A DNA stretch of 64,000 nt, from positions 620,001 to 684,000 of the forward strand of contig JAHLTZ010000009.1 of the NCBI GenBank assembly GCA_025786725.1, written 5' to 3'. The position numbers were made by a program, and so were the translations under genes. This DNA comes from Syncephalis fuscata S228. Lineage: Eukaryota > Fungi > Zoopagomycota. Below the pieces are notes generated by a model. It ran no database searches. It was given only the letters and a program-made list of their open reading frames with translations, and was not told the origin of the DNA. Shown piece after piece: positions 13,202 to 25,295 of the stretch (position 1 is its first letter; the number at the start of each line of letters is the position of its first letter).

Positions 13202-13309
13202 TGAGTATGGATGCTTGATAGTGTGGAATGAATAAAATGATTTCACGAGATTTATAAATGATTTATTGTCACAAATAACTAAGAAATGTGGAGTTACGCA
13301 CAAGTGCAT

Positions 13310-14647
13310 TTACCGATCATCGGCTAATAGTAAAGTATTACTGCCGTCGCGTGATTCGGCCAATCGTTCAAGGGCAATGACCATTCGTTCAGTGGCCAGT
13401 GTATTACGTTCAGTTAGTTCAAGTAGTCGGTCAAGGCGTTCCTTTAATCCCTCGCCTAATACACGATCGCGTGCACGTTCTTGAGAAAGCCAGTCCACTG
13501 TTGTTGTATTGTCTATATCAAGTAGATTGCTACTTGATTGGAGCCGGCTACGTTTGAATGGACGTGGATTCGCGCTACTACCTCCACCGGTCCCTTGATG
13601 GCTATTGCCTAGTCGGTGAGAATGCTGCTGCTGATGGTGGTGATGAGTTGGTGACACTACTGATTGTTCTATCAGTGTTTCTGCTTGTGAGGCACTGGCA
13701 TCAGCAGATGGATTGGGTGCACTTAGTAGTTGGAATAGACTATCGAGTGTCCTATCATTCGATTCAACATCTTCATCGTCATCTAGACCGACAGCTGCAC
13801 CGGCCGTAACACGCTGTAAACTTGTTGCATCGCCACCAGCGCCTGCATGATGACCATGATGTGATGGATTAGGAATAGTATCAACATCACCAAGTACATA
13901 GGCAAGCTCGTCGTAAAATGGCCACGAGTCAATAATATCCGGACCATTATACTCGTGGCCGGCGGCCAATGCCACGCGATAAGTACGTTGACGTCTATAT
14001 TCGTTTTTAAGATTACGCCATCGCCAGCGACATTGCTCGGCCGATCGCTCAAATCCAAATTGTCGTAAATGATCGCTAAACATACCAAATAAAAAGCCTT
14101 TGTTATGGGCAGATGACTTTAGATCGTCCAGATGGCTAACGGCAATTTCAATTAGTAGGCGCGTTTCACGTTCGCGCCATAACGAGCGTGAATGACCCGT
14201 CTTGCGCTGTTTAATATCCCTATCGGCTAACAAGTCGCCCATTGTACGGCTCGATGACATATTAAGCAGTGATCGGCCATTGCCGGTAGTAGCAGGTGGT
14301 GCGCTATAAGGTACATGTGATGCTTGAATAACCGCCCGTTGACTTTGTGGTGTGTGTGGTAAATGCTGCGCCGACTGTGATGGTGATGGTTGTTGTTGTT
14401 GTTGCTGCTGCTGCTGTTGTTGTTGTTGTTGCTGTTGTACTTGGCGTTGTTCAGTTAGTATTTGAACATCTTCATCTTCATCAAAATCATCCTCTTCGTG
14501 TTCCATATCATCGTTATTATTAATATTGATATCGTTATCTTTTTCATCATTGCCGTTGCCGCCTCGACCTAGTGCACTTCTATCGTGGTGCTCCACGACA
14601 AGCTGCGTCTGAGAGCGACGGCCTGTAGTCACGTTAAGATTATCCAT
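13310..14647 (-). CDS. Myb/SANT-like (trihelix GT-1 type) DNA-binding protein with polyQ and C-terminal coiled coil
   Basis: WRERETRLLIEI...FGFERSAEQCRWRWRNLKNEYRR...WPFYDELAYVL matches the Myb_DNA-bind_4 pattern; 445-aa single ORF. Confidence 0.85.
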   Translation of the reverse strand: MDNLNVTTGRRSQTQLVVEHHDRSALGRGGNGNDEKDNDININNNDDMEHEEDDFDEDEDVQILTEQRQVQQQQQQQQQQQQQQQQPSPSQSAQHLPHTPQSQRAVIQASHVPYSAPPATTGNGRSLLNMSSSRTMGDLLADRDIKQRKTGHSRSLWRERETRLLIEIAVSHLDDLKSSAHNKGFLFGMFSDHLRQFGFERSAEQCRWRWRNLKNEYRRQRTYRVALAAGHEYNGPDIIDSWPFYDELAYVLGDVDTIPNPSHHGHHAGAGGDATSLQRVTAGAAVGLDDDEDVESNDRTLDSLFQLLSAPNPSADASASQAETLIEQSVVSPTHHHHQQQHSHRLGNSHQGTGGGSSANPRPFKRSRLQSSSNLLDIDNTTTVDWLSQERARDRVLGEGLKERLDRLLELTERNTLATERMVIALERLAESRDGSNTLLLADDR

Positions 14648-15314
14648 ATCTGTGTCACAACCAGTATGGCGTGGCGTATTTTAGTATTAATATTAGTGTG
14701 TTTGTATATAGTTTCTAAGCTACTATCGTGCTAATAGATATCGGCTTTACCTTAACTAGACTTGTTTGATATAGTGTTGAAGCAATACGCTATTTGTATA
14801 TTAGTTGCAAAGACTAATCCGTTATAATCGCGTTCAGAAGTAAAAGCGGTCTTTTTGCTATTGTCAAGGCAATCAGAGCTGGCTCAATTCGTCGGTAAGC
14901 TAATGCTCGGCTTTATCGCCTAGGTGCTAAACAGTAGTGTAGTTGCCGCTCACCTATAGCAAAGCAATAGGACAATTGTAAAATGAACTGGCGTGTTTCT
15001 TATGTAGAAACTGTACTGAACCAAGGAAAAAGAGGTGTGAAAAAAAGGATTCGACCATTTCAATTCGGATCTAAACTGATCTGCAGTCATTGTGAATGGG
15101 TGTCATAATAATAACAGTAATAATTAATTGTAATTACAATTGTAATAAAAGGTCGTTCTTATTTGCCGCAAATGGAACTGGCAAATTAAAACTGTATTCT
15201 TTCTGTTTATTATTATACAAATATATTTGTTTATAACTATTATTAGAAAATTGTTAATAAGTTATTTAGTATAGAGCCAAGCGCAATTAAAGTTTATATT
15301 TATTAAAAAAGGCC

Positions 15315-15460
15315 TTCTAGGCCCTTGTTATGCACTTCTACCGGGCTATTATATTTATCAAAAAGAAAACATTCTAGGCCCTTGTTATGCACTTTTACCG
15401 GGCTATTACATTTATCGAAAAAAACATTCTAGGCCCTTGTTATGTATTTCTACCAGACTA
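15315..15460. repeat. ~2.6 copies of a 55-57 bp tandem repeat upstream of DPBB gene 1
   Basis: ttctaggcccttgttatg(c/t)a starts at 15315, 15372 and 15427. Confidence 0.85.
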
Positions 15461-15602
15461 TAACGTTTGGACAGAAAAGCTAAATCTACTATATAAGCCC
15501 GATGTAAATGCAATTTTATTCAATACTTCATTCACTCAACTACGTTCTTCATCAGTATCAGCTTTACTTTTTTCTTTTACTGCAAACATTCAGCACCTCA
15601 AC

Positions 15603-16004
15603 ATGCATATCGTATCACTTATCTCAATGGCCATTGTCTCAGTCGCTGGGTTAATGGCCGTCAGTGTCGTCTTGGCCGACACTCTTCCTCAAAAATCCGA
15701 AGGCATAGCCAGGATTTATGATCCTTTTGTACCCAGCAGCTGCGGCGCTTCCAATCCACCTACCGCTTTTGTGGCCGGTATTGGGGATTCTTACTTTACT
15801 ACACAAAATCCCAACAAAGACCCATTGTGCGGCAAGTGTATCAAGGTCACTAGTCCATCCGGCAGTGTAAAGGTCCACATCATGGATAAGTGCATGGTCT
15901 GTGGCCGAGATGATGTTGTTTTATCGGAAGCCGCACTCAACGCTATTGGTGGTATTAGAAATAGTACTCTCCTAATCACCTGGGAAGCATCAAATTGTTT
16001 TTAG
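15603..16004 (+). CDS. Secreted RlpA-like double-psi beta-barrel (loosenin/expansin-like) protein 1, 133 aa
   Basis: ATG 15603 with signal peptide MHIVSLISMAIVSVAGLMAV; SCG...NPNKDPLCGKCIKV...GSVKVHIMDKC..C.....LS..A motif set. Confidence 0.85.
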   Translation: MHIVSLISMAIVSVAGLMAVSVVLADTLPQKSEGIARIYDPFVPSSCGASNPPTAFVAGIGDSYFTTQNPNKDPLCGKCIKVTSPSGSVKVHIMDKCMVCGRDDVVLSEAALNAIGGIRNSTLLITWEASNCF

Positions 16005-16019
16005 GCGCTTATTTTACAT

Positions 16020-16697
16020 TTTAGCTAGTTGTCCAACCGTATCAGCAATAACAATAATAATGACACTTTGACTGAATGAATGAATCAAAGTATGTCATTG
16101 CTTAAGCTTTTTCGAGCACAAATATCTGTTATGTCTTTATTTGTTTATAAATAAACAATCAATTCACACGATATAAATGTGCCAATGTGATTTATGAACA
16201 AGTGTATTTATTGTATATTACTATTGCAAGCTACAGAGTAGATAATAGCTGTCAGTGTAAATACAGAATAATCCATGCCAGCTAACTAGTCCGATATATC
16301 AATATAGTCGATGATATGGGCCAAAGGTATTTCATCTAATGATTATAATAAGTAAATAGCTATGTACATGTAAGGATTTTACCTTTACGGATAAGTAGAT
16401 TGGCAAAAGTAAAGCTCTTAGTGCTGGTGTTGTATTTCTTAGTAATATAGGCCCCTTTACTCTGTAAGTATCTTAATAAATCTTCACGATCCTTATCGCT
16501 TGTATTATCCTTTAAAACAACTTCATACGCCATATTGATAGCAATGGAAATAGCACTGTGAATTGACAATAGACAAGAGTTTAAAGTAAATGATGTAGAA
16601 GGATAATAAAAAGATGAATAAATAGACGCAATACGTATTTGTACCACTTGACACGTCATTTTTAATGCACACCGATAGCAGTATAATCTATTAAATT
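16020..16697. repeat. Near-identical direct repeat, second copy at ~17497-18176 (offset ~1479 bp)
   Basis: Sequence from tttagctagtt through gtataatctattaaatt repeats with only a handful of substitutions. Confidence 0.9.
16286..16533 (-). CDS. Small peptidase-inhibitor I9 (subtilisin propeptide/POIA1)-like protein, copy 1, one intron
   Basis: Spliced product MAYEVVLKDNTSDKDREDLLRYLQSKGAYITKKYNTSTKSFTFANLLIRK-DEIPLAHIIDYIDISD* resembles the I9 pattern Y.V.LK....G..IT..Y...KGF.....IDYIE.D; GT...AG intron at ~16336-16382. Confidence 0.5.
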
Positions 16698-17070
16698 ATC
16701 AATAATTATAATAATTGTAATAAAGGTTTACTTTTATTTGTCGCAAATGTAACTGGCAAATTAAAAACTGCATCCCTTTTGTTTCTTACTATAGGGATGT
16801 ATTTGCGCATGGCTATTATTAGAAATTTATTAATAGAGTATTTAGTGTAGGACCATGTATCACCAGAGTTCACGTTTGTCAACAAAAGGCCTCCATAGCT
16901 TCTAATATGTACTTCTATCAGTTTATGACATCATGGTCAGGGAAATTAAATCTACTATATAAACCCGACATAGTTACGGCTCTCATTTAATACTTCATTC
17001 GCTCAATTACGTTCTTCACCTGTATCAAATTTACTTTTCTTGTTTTATTACGAACACTCAGCACTTCAAC

Positions 17071-17481
17071 ATGCATACTCTATCACTTATTTCAATTGCT
17101 ATTGCCTCAGTCGCTGGATTGATGGCCGTCAATGCCGCCTCGGTCAGCAACCTTCGTCTAACCGGCAAACATAGTGGTAGTGCCTCGTTTTATATTCTTA
17201 CGGGAGGATACAGCACCTGTGGTACTATCGAGCAAGGCGGCAGACCCGTGGCCGGTATTTCTCCTTCCTATTTTACTACACCAAATCCCAACAAAGATCC
17301 ATGGTGCTCCAAGTGCGTCAAGGTCACTGGTCCAAAAGGCAGCGTAGTTGTCCATATCGTGGACAAGTGCATGAGCTGTGGTCCAGACGATATCAATTTA
17401 TCGGAAGGCGCATTCAAGGTTATTGGTGACACTGATGATGGTCGTGTCCCAGCCACATGGGAAGAAGCCCCATGCGCTTAG
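17071..17481 (+). CDS. Secreted DPBB (loosenin/expansin-like) protein 2, 136 aa
   Basis: Signal peptide; GSASFY...TCG...NPNKDPWCSKCVKV.GPKGSV.V.IVDKC.SC....NLS.GAF..IG....GRVP.TW. Confidence 0.88.
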   Translation: MHTLSLISIAIASVAGLMAVNAASVSNLRLTGKHSGSASFYILTGGYSTCGTIEQGGRPVAGISPSYFTTPNPNKDPWCSKCVKVTGPKGSVVVHIVDKCMSCGPDDINLSEGAFKVIGDTDDGRVPATWEEAPCA

Positions 17482-17764
17482 GTGGTTTTTCTTCACTTTA
17501 GCTAGTTGTGTCCAACCGTATCAGCAATAACAATAATAATGACACATTGACTGAATGAATGAATCAAAGTATGTCATTGCTTAAGCTTATTTGAGCACAA
17601 ATATCTGTTATGTCTTTATTTGTTTATAAATAAACAATCAATTCACACGATATAAATGTGCCAATGTGATTTATGAACAAGTGTAATTATTGCATATTAC
17701 TATTGCAAGCTACAGAGTAGATAATAGCTGTCAGTGTAAATACAGAATAATCCATGCCAGCTAA

Positions 17765-18012
17765 CTAGTCCGATATATCAATATAGTCGATGATATGGGC
17801 CAAAGGTATTTCATCTAATGATTATAATAAGTAAATAGCTATGTACATGTAAGGATTTTACCTTTACGGATAAGTAGATTGGCAAAAGTAAAGCTCTTAG
17901 TGCTGGTGTTGTATTTCTTAGTAATATAGGCCCCTTTACTCTGTAAGTATCTTAATAAATCTTCACGATCCTTATCGCTTGTATTATCCTTTAAAACAAC
18001 TTCATACGCCAT
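17765..18012 (-). CDS. I9-like small protein, copy 2 (coding sequence identical to copy 1 by eye)
   Basis: Duplicate of 16286-16533 at offset +1479. Confidence 0.5.
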
Positions 18013-19370
18013 ATTGATAGCAATGGAAATAGCACTGTGAATTGACAATAGACAAGAGTTTAAAGTAAATAATATAGAAGGATAATAAAAAGATGAATAA
18101 ATAGACGCAATACGTATTTGTACCACTTGACACGTCATTTTTAATGCACACCGATAGCAGTATAATCTATTAAATTGTCGATTGGTTATTTTACTGTAAA
18201 ATAGGTGAGAATATTTTATTCATGCAGACTGATTGAATTTTGAGTGATTTATGCAGCAACACTCTGCCATGCTAATACTCGGCATTCCATATGATTTTAC
18301 AAGTTTTTAGTATTTGCAAGTTTATTAATAGCAATATTTTATAGACAATTCATTATTGACTTATAGATAATTGCTAGATAATGCTAAAAGATATAGATTA
18401 TTAATTAGTTAATATGACCAGTATAATCAACTCATTCATGTATTATAATAATAAGACTGTTTATAAATAGATTATGATAAATAGATCATAATAAATAAAT
18501 TATAATAAATAAAGGGCAGTATATAGATCAAAGGCAACAAAGTAAATAATGATATGGCCATTGTTTATGATTATAAATAAAATGATAATTGAAGCTGATG
18601 GCAAAGCAGTGTGTACTCGTGTGTGTGCACTTGTGTGAATGAGTGAACGAGTGATAGTAATGAACGCACATTCAAATACTTTTACACCACCACTCTAATC
18701 AACATCGTTTTATTGTTATTGCTGTTATTGTCGCTCTCATATCAATCTTTTTTGACAGTGTCCTATTTTTATCGCTTTTTGTTTGTCGAATTCCTATTAT
18801 TGTATTGCGCCGTTCACGTCAAGTAATGAAACACGATACCACTTTGACCTGTGTCGTGGACATTTACATTATCTTGCACAGCTACTATCGTCACTTTTAA
18901 TAGTTTGCACGCACCTGCATACACACATATACGGTAAGAGGAACAGGGTATAGGGCGAATATGGCGTTTCTTATGGTTGCAGCTTGAAAGGTTTCGATGA
19001 CGACTGCATCGTTAGCCGAGACGGCAGTAGCGTTGAGTGCACCGTGCATAACTAGACGAGTACAAGCAGACGGATAGACGGGCATACTTATAGTGTTATA
19101 GGATGCGATGGCGACCGACGAGTAGCTGCACAAGTACAGTACCGGCTATTGCTACTTATTGCTACTATCAATGCTGCTGCTAGTTACATTGCCAATAGCT
19201 GCACGGCCACACCTATCAACAACAATTCTTGGCACAATAACAACTATAGTGGTAATAGGGACAGCACTGCAATGCGGCGTCTTTGATCTGTTTATTGGCT
19301 ATAATAGCGATTATTATCGATACTAATCATATTCTATTGTGTGTACTTTTGTACTAGTAGTTTCGTGGGC

Positions 19371-22300
19371 ATGTCGCCAGTGGACGATCAAGTAGAGGCT
19401 GTTACCAGCACGGTAGCTATAGCCGATACTATCGCTACTACACCTATCAATACGGAAAGTCAAACAAGCTCAATTGTACTACCAGCCTCGACTTCTACTA
19501 CTACTGCTATGGTGGCCAACGATAGCCAGATTAGCACTAATACACCTTCTATAGGTATTATGGCCATTCCTCATGAGTTTAGCGATTTACAATGTCGCCA
19601 GTTGGAGGAGCTGGCCAGTCTTCATAAGCTCAGCGATTCGGACTTGGAAGGCTATATTACAAGCAATGAAACAGCAACTGGACAACTTTCGGTGGTGCAA
19701 TTACTTCGTCTTTTGTCCGCTGGCTACGACCGTGCTCGTCAAAGTGTAGACGAAAAACAGCATGAGTTGGTTACACTGCATGCGGAATTTGCTCGTCAAC
19801 AAGAGCGTCTTTGGCAACTTGATCGCTCGGTAACACTGCTGCAACGACAAGTGATCACCCGTCGACAGCAAATGAATCGATCGTTATCGGAACAACAGGA
19901 ATTGGCTGTGCAGTCAATCTCTACTGAACAAAGCCAGCTACAACGAGAAATTGATTCACATCCAATACCGCAAATCAAAGTGAAACCAGTTCGACATAAA
20001 ACAAGTTTAAAGCAGGTCGAAGAGACAGAGGATGACATAGACCCGTTAAATGGGCATATAGAGAGCAGTTTATGCTCAGAAGATGATGAACTCGATCGAT
20101 TACCATTCGACGATGTCGATATGAATGAAGCTAGTCATCAGCACCACAAAAGCCGTAATATAGAGTCACGGGATAGATCGAGCCATTTGGACAGGTCTCA
20201 GCTTGATCAAGACTCGTTTCTTAATTCATATAAGCGATGGAGACCACGACGTGGCCGACGGCACAGTTCACTTCATCGTAATGCTCTTCGACGTGATAGT
20301 GGGCCACGAAGTTTTGCCGAAGAGTATGATTCAGATCTTGACGCTGAAGATACAATGTGGTTCTCGTGTGGCTCACCGGCCAGTTCTGGCGATGAACAAG
20401 TGCCAATTGGATCAATGACAAAGTCATCAATGGAAACTGGATCATCAATAGGCGGGATTAGTCTTACAGGTTCGTTATCAAGCGGTGCACTGCCTAGAAA
20501 GTCTTATTTTACCAGTGATAATGGCACAACTCGTCGGCCCATTGCACTGTCTTCTATAGGTCGTCCCTATTCAATGACAGCAACATCAAGTGGTGATCAT
20601 AGTCAGGATCGTTTTAATAAAGGTTATATGCAAAAGGGTAAATCACCAGCATTGCTAGATGAAGCTGCAGAAGCAGATCGACAAGCTACAGTCATATCAC
20701 CACGGGCCCGTAGCTCACTTGAGAAATGGACAGCCGGCTTATTAACATGGCGAATGAGTTCAGCACCATCTATTGCACGTGAATCAGATCTAAATAGCCA
20801 ACAGCAACAAGAAACAGCAGCTATAAATAATCAGCATGCATCTAAACACTTACCGACAACATCAGCATCAACCGAGCATAGTTTGCCAATATCGGTTAAT
20901 GCAGAAACGTTAAAGTCTCGCTTTTTACAAGAACCATTGCTTTCTACATTAAAAGAAGAGCATGCATTAAAAAACAGTATAGCTGTAGCACCTACAGCTG
21001 TCAAAACGGCTATTGCAGCTCCATCACGGTCTCGTTCACCAGTATCCGGTCATTTTAGTATATCTCAGTCTTTATCAGCATCGCCACAATCAACATCGAC
21101 TTCTATCTTAAGTACAGCAGTAGCTGCTGCTGCACAACAACTGGCTATTTCTGGTCGATTAAATCTATCGGCCAAATCAACAGCCACCACCCAAGAACAA
21201 CGACCGCATAGTATAATATCGACAGTAAGCAATGATCATCGTGACTCAACATTAACGGCTATTTCGTCATATGATACTGAATCGATATTTACCGATGCCA
21301 CATCTGCTACTAATACTCATAATACATCAGCACCCGGTGTTCCTTTACACTTTAAAGCAATTGCCATTGCAGCTAAATTGATCAGCGGTGGTCAGTTAAA
21401 TTCAACTGATATTTATAGTAATTCAAAGCGAGGTATTGCTCGTTGGACAGTTGGATTACTGGCTCATCAACCGTTTTCTATTTTTAATGAAGAGCCGCCA
21501 TCATCTTCATCGCGTAAAACATCATCTGCTTCTGTAACAATGAAAGCAGCGGTAGCAGCATCAGCAGCAGCAACAAATAATACAGATTCGAAATATTATG
21601 CAAAAACATTAAATAGTGAAACTAATACAGAAAACACAACTAGTTCCAGCGATACAATTGATATGTTACAATCACGTTCATCGGCACATTCATCTCATAA
21701 AAACAGCTCACGTCGTCGTACTCCACCCACTGCGCTACCATTGATGTCTAGTGGATCGACTACATTGGCCAGTACAGAATTAAGTGGACTATCGCCGGCT
21801 ACAACATCGTTTACCAGTGCCCATGCCATTACAACAGCAATGAATACTGTTCCTAGCGGCAGTGTAAGCGGCAATGGTGGCAATAGTAGCAGTAGCAGTA
21901 TTTGTAATAGTATAGAGCTACCATTATCATCACCGCCTCATTCGCCTACCGTGGCAACTGTACGTGCCTCTTCTTCAGGTACAGTAGTTACACTTCGTGG
22001 GCAGGCCAGCACATCTAGTGCAGGCCAACATGTATTGCATTCAAGTAAAAGCGGAGCAGCACGTGGTCTACTGGCTCAATTGGCTGAACAACACGATACA
22101 ATTCAAGATGCGATTATGGAACGATGGTCAAAGTTTGCACATGCGCCAGAACCAGCATCGCCACTCTCTGCTCCCGCATCTTTACACGTTACAACATCAT
22201 CAGCAAGCATTGCAAGTCCATTAAATGAAGAACTGAATAAACCATCGAAAGAAGACAAAGTGGATATAAAAATAGAAGAGCCAGTGGAAGAGTATGACTA

Positions 22301-23814
22301 TATCAACTGTCTTAATAAGAGTCGTGCCAAACATAGCTATCTGGATAGCCAACAGAGTACAGCCGATACTAATCGTGAACACAATACAGACCATGGTAAT
22401 AAAACGGCCGATATAGTAGATAATGATGCCACTATACGTGTTAAAGGCTCAATGACATCGGCATATTTGCATCGATGCCAACAACACCTATACAACATAT
22501 AGTAATGGAGAATTTGCCAGAAGGCATATTGGCCCGTCGAATACGAAATATGTCTAAAAAGGAACGGAAACCATTAAGGCAGTTGGTACGAGCAGGTGTA
22601 CCGGCACAGTTAAGGTAAGCTTTTGCTAAGCAATTAGTTGTAACAGTTATAATAGTAATAACAACATATAATCTAACTATTTAATTATTTAATTATTATA
22701 GACCACAAGTAAGTAATTAACAATAAAGCAAATGGATTAACTAATCTAATATACAATTATTTATTAGATATGGCTAGAATGTTCTGGCGCCTATGATATT
22801 CGACAGCCAAACTATTACCGACATTTACTTGATAATTATGTTGGACAGACATCAAATTGTATGAATCAAATTGAAATGGTAATACTGTTGATGATAGTGG
22901 TCAATGTAATAAATACTAATATATCATAGGATGTACATCGTACTATGCCGGATAACATTTTCTTTGGCGGTGATGGTCCGGGCGTCTGTAAATTACGTCG
23001 AGTACTAACAGCCTATAGTTGGTAAGTAAAATTAATGTATCTACACTCTAACCAACTGTCTTCAATATAGGCATAATCCTACAATTGGCTATTGTCAAGG
23101 TAAGTAGCAATGTTTTTAAGAAGAAATAGCCATGTCATAATCTATTAACAATTATAATTGATATCGAATATAGGTATGAATGTGATGGCTGCTACATTGT
23201 TATTAGTATTTCCTACTTCAGAAGAGAATGCCTTCTGGATACTTGTTTATTTATTAGAGCATATTATACCTGATGGTTACCATACACACCAATTAATGGC
23301 GGCACAGGCTGATCAGCGTGTACTTGAAGAGTTGTGTCGAGATAGTTCACCTCAGCTGGCTGGGCACTTGAAAGCATGCGGTGTTGATATGGCAGCAGTG
23401 ACTATTAGTTGGTTTCTATCGATATTTGCCGAAAGTATGCCATTAGAAGTAGGTTGACTGGATAGACACCAGTATGATATATTAACCAACCAACGAATTT
23501 ATATATCCATTTATAATATTTAGACTTTATTACGTGTATGGGACATGGTATTGGTTGAAGGTTTTTTGGCACTGTTCCGTATATCAGTGGCGCTGCTTCA
23601 TTTACACGAACGCGATATGCTTAAATTACATAGCACCGCGGCACTGTACGCTTGTTTAAAAGGTGCACCCGCCCGTACTCGACGACCTGAACGTCTACTA
23701 CAACTGGCATTTGGCCGATTAAGATCTGTAGTACGAGATGAAGTGGTTAAAACGCGTCGTGCACATCATACACAAGTATTGTGTGAAGAATATGCTTGTA
23801 TGTCATTGCCTTGA
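19371..23814 (+). CDS. TBC-domain Rab GTPase-activating protein with long Ser-rich/coiled-coil N-terminus
   Basis: After one apparent frameshift (~22.3-22.45 kb) the exons give LRQLVRAGVPAQLRPQIWLECSGA, QIEMDVHRT (IxxDxxR), HNPTIGYCQGMN (YxQ), EENAFW, WFLSIF and LLRVWD. Start codon is uncertain. Confidence 0.85.
22702..22708 (+). other. 7-nt micro-exon (ACCACAA) in the TBC gene
   Basis: Flanked by introns 22615-22701 and 22709-22767; inclusion restores LR-PQ-IWLECSGA in frame. Confidence 0.8.
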
Positions 23815-25295
23815 TTATTGTTTTTGTTTTTTGTATATCATTTGCATTCATTTTTCATTTGCAGTATACGTGGAAATGCTCCATAAACATAAGTAAAACG
23901 ATACTTGTATTGATTATTAATTATGCTGTTTAGTGATATATTTGTATTGCAAAAAGTAATACCTAATTATTATAATGTAAAACTAGTGAATATTTATCTA
24001 TATTAACAATAGTGTTTGTTGTACTATAAATCATTTATTTTATATCATTGTGTTATTGGATTACTAATTAATTACCTACATTGTAGAACTAATGAGTATT
24101 ATAATATAAATCATCTACTTTGTATTGTTGGACTATTGATTACCCGTAAATTAGAAATTACGCGGGTCATAAATATGGCAATTGAACTATTACCGATAGG
24201 AAAGGGGAATAGACATGTCATTGTTGTTTGATTTCGTGCTCAGCAGCTTTGTTTGTTCACATCAATAAACATTTGCCATTGCCAATAATAGATCTAAAAC
24301 GTCAGTTGCTGTATTATCTCCTCATTGGCTATATACTAGTCGAGTAATAGAACTTGGCTTTAATTCGGACTGTGTAAAATGCTCTAAAAATGCGCAGTCA
24401 AATAAATCGATTGGTTATGGGCATGGCAATGCTTAGATGGAGCAGAGACGATCCCATATGCTGTATCCCTTACATTACTGCTTTTAGCATCCGTCTTGTG
24501 ACCGCGTCACTCTCAAATTAGCAATAAAAATTGAGCAATAAACTCAGAAAGGCAGGGCAAATCACCCGAACTGTTTAACCAGGCCATTCTATAGAAGTGT
24601 ATTCTCAGAAATAAATACCACAACGTCCTAAGCGTTTTATCTCCGGTGCCCGTTTTGTCATTGAAGCTCCTATTTACTATTTTTTATGACTTCCATTTAG
24701 GATGCTCTTTCCCAGCACTTCGCCAGCTAATGCTTTTATGCGAACGCCATATTGTTACCGTCCACTATTTTGTCTTGTTTCCTCTTCGCCATATAGTTTT
24801 ATCTAGTATCTTGGGATTTGCTTGGATAGCATTTCGTCCTGGACGTACATCTCTGCTAAAAGTACTTTTCTCCTACGCACGCGTTTTTTATGTTTGCGTA
24901 TTAGCCGTGTTAAATCATCCTACCGATTGCCATTATTCTGGTCCGTTATTAATTAATTATCCTTATATTAAACGGCTATAGTACAGTACTGGAATTGCCT
25001 CCAGTATTTCTACTGCCAAATATCCACCTGTGTGTTTTGTTGATACACAGTTGTGTAGCAATTTGCTTTGTTCAATTATTGTGTTATAAAGACAGTTGCT
25101 GAAGCTAGAACATTTAAATTACAACAACTACCATTGCCGCCCTCCCCTCACTCTGTAAGTGTAAATTAACATTGATTGATGATTGGCTATCAATTTACGT
25201 AATCTAACCAATATGTTGGTAACTTTTACACACAGTAATTCTACCGCTACTGCCTACAAAGCATCTGCGGATTAAATCAGTTTATTAACCAATCA

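Noticed and set aside
13310-14647. Myb/SANT protein as the second gene of a PIF/Harbinger transposon
   Set aside because: No adjacent DDE transposase or TIRs; polyQ and coiled coil fit a host transcription factor
15315-15460. CRISPR-like regularly spaced repeat
   Set aside because: The intervening sequences are also repeated (no unique spacers), there are no cas genes, and the context is eukaryotic
15387-15602. N-terminal extension of the 205-aa ORF 15387..16004
   Set aside because: It runs through the promoter minisatellite; paralog alignment and the signal peptide place the start at 15603
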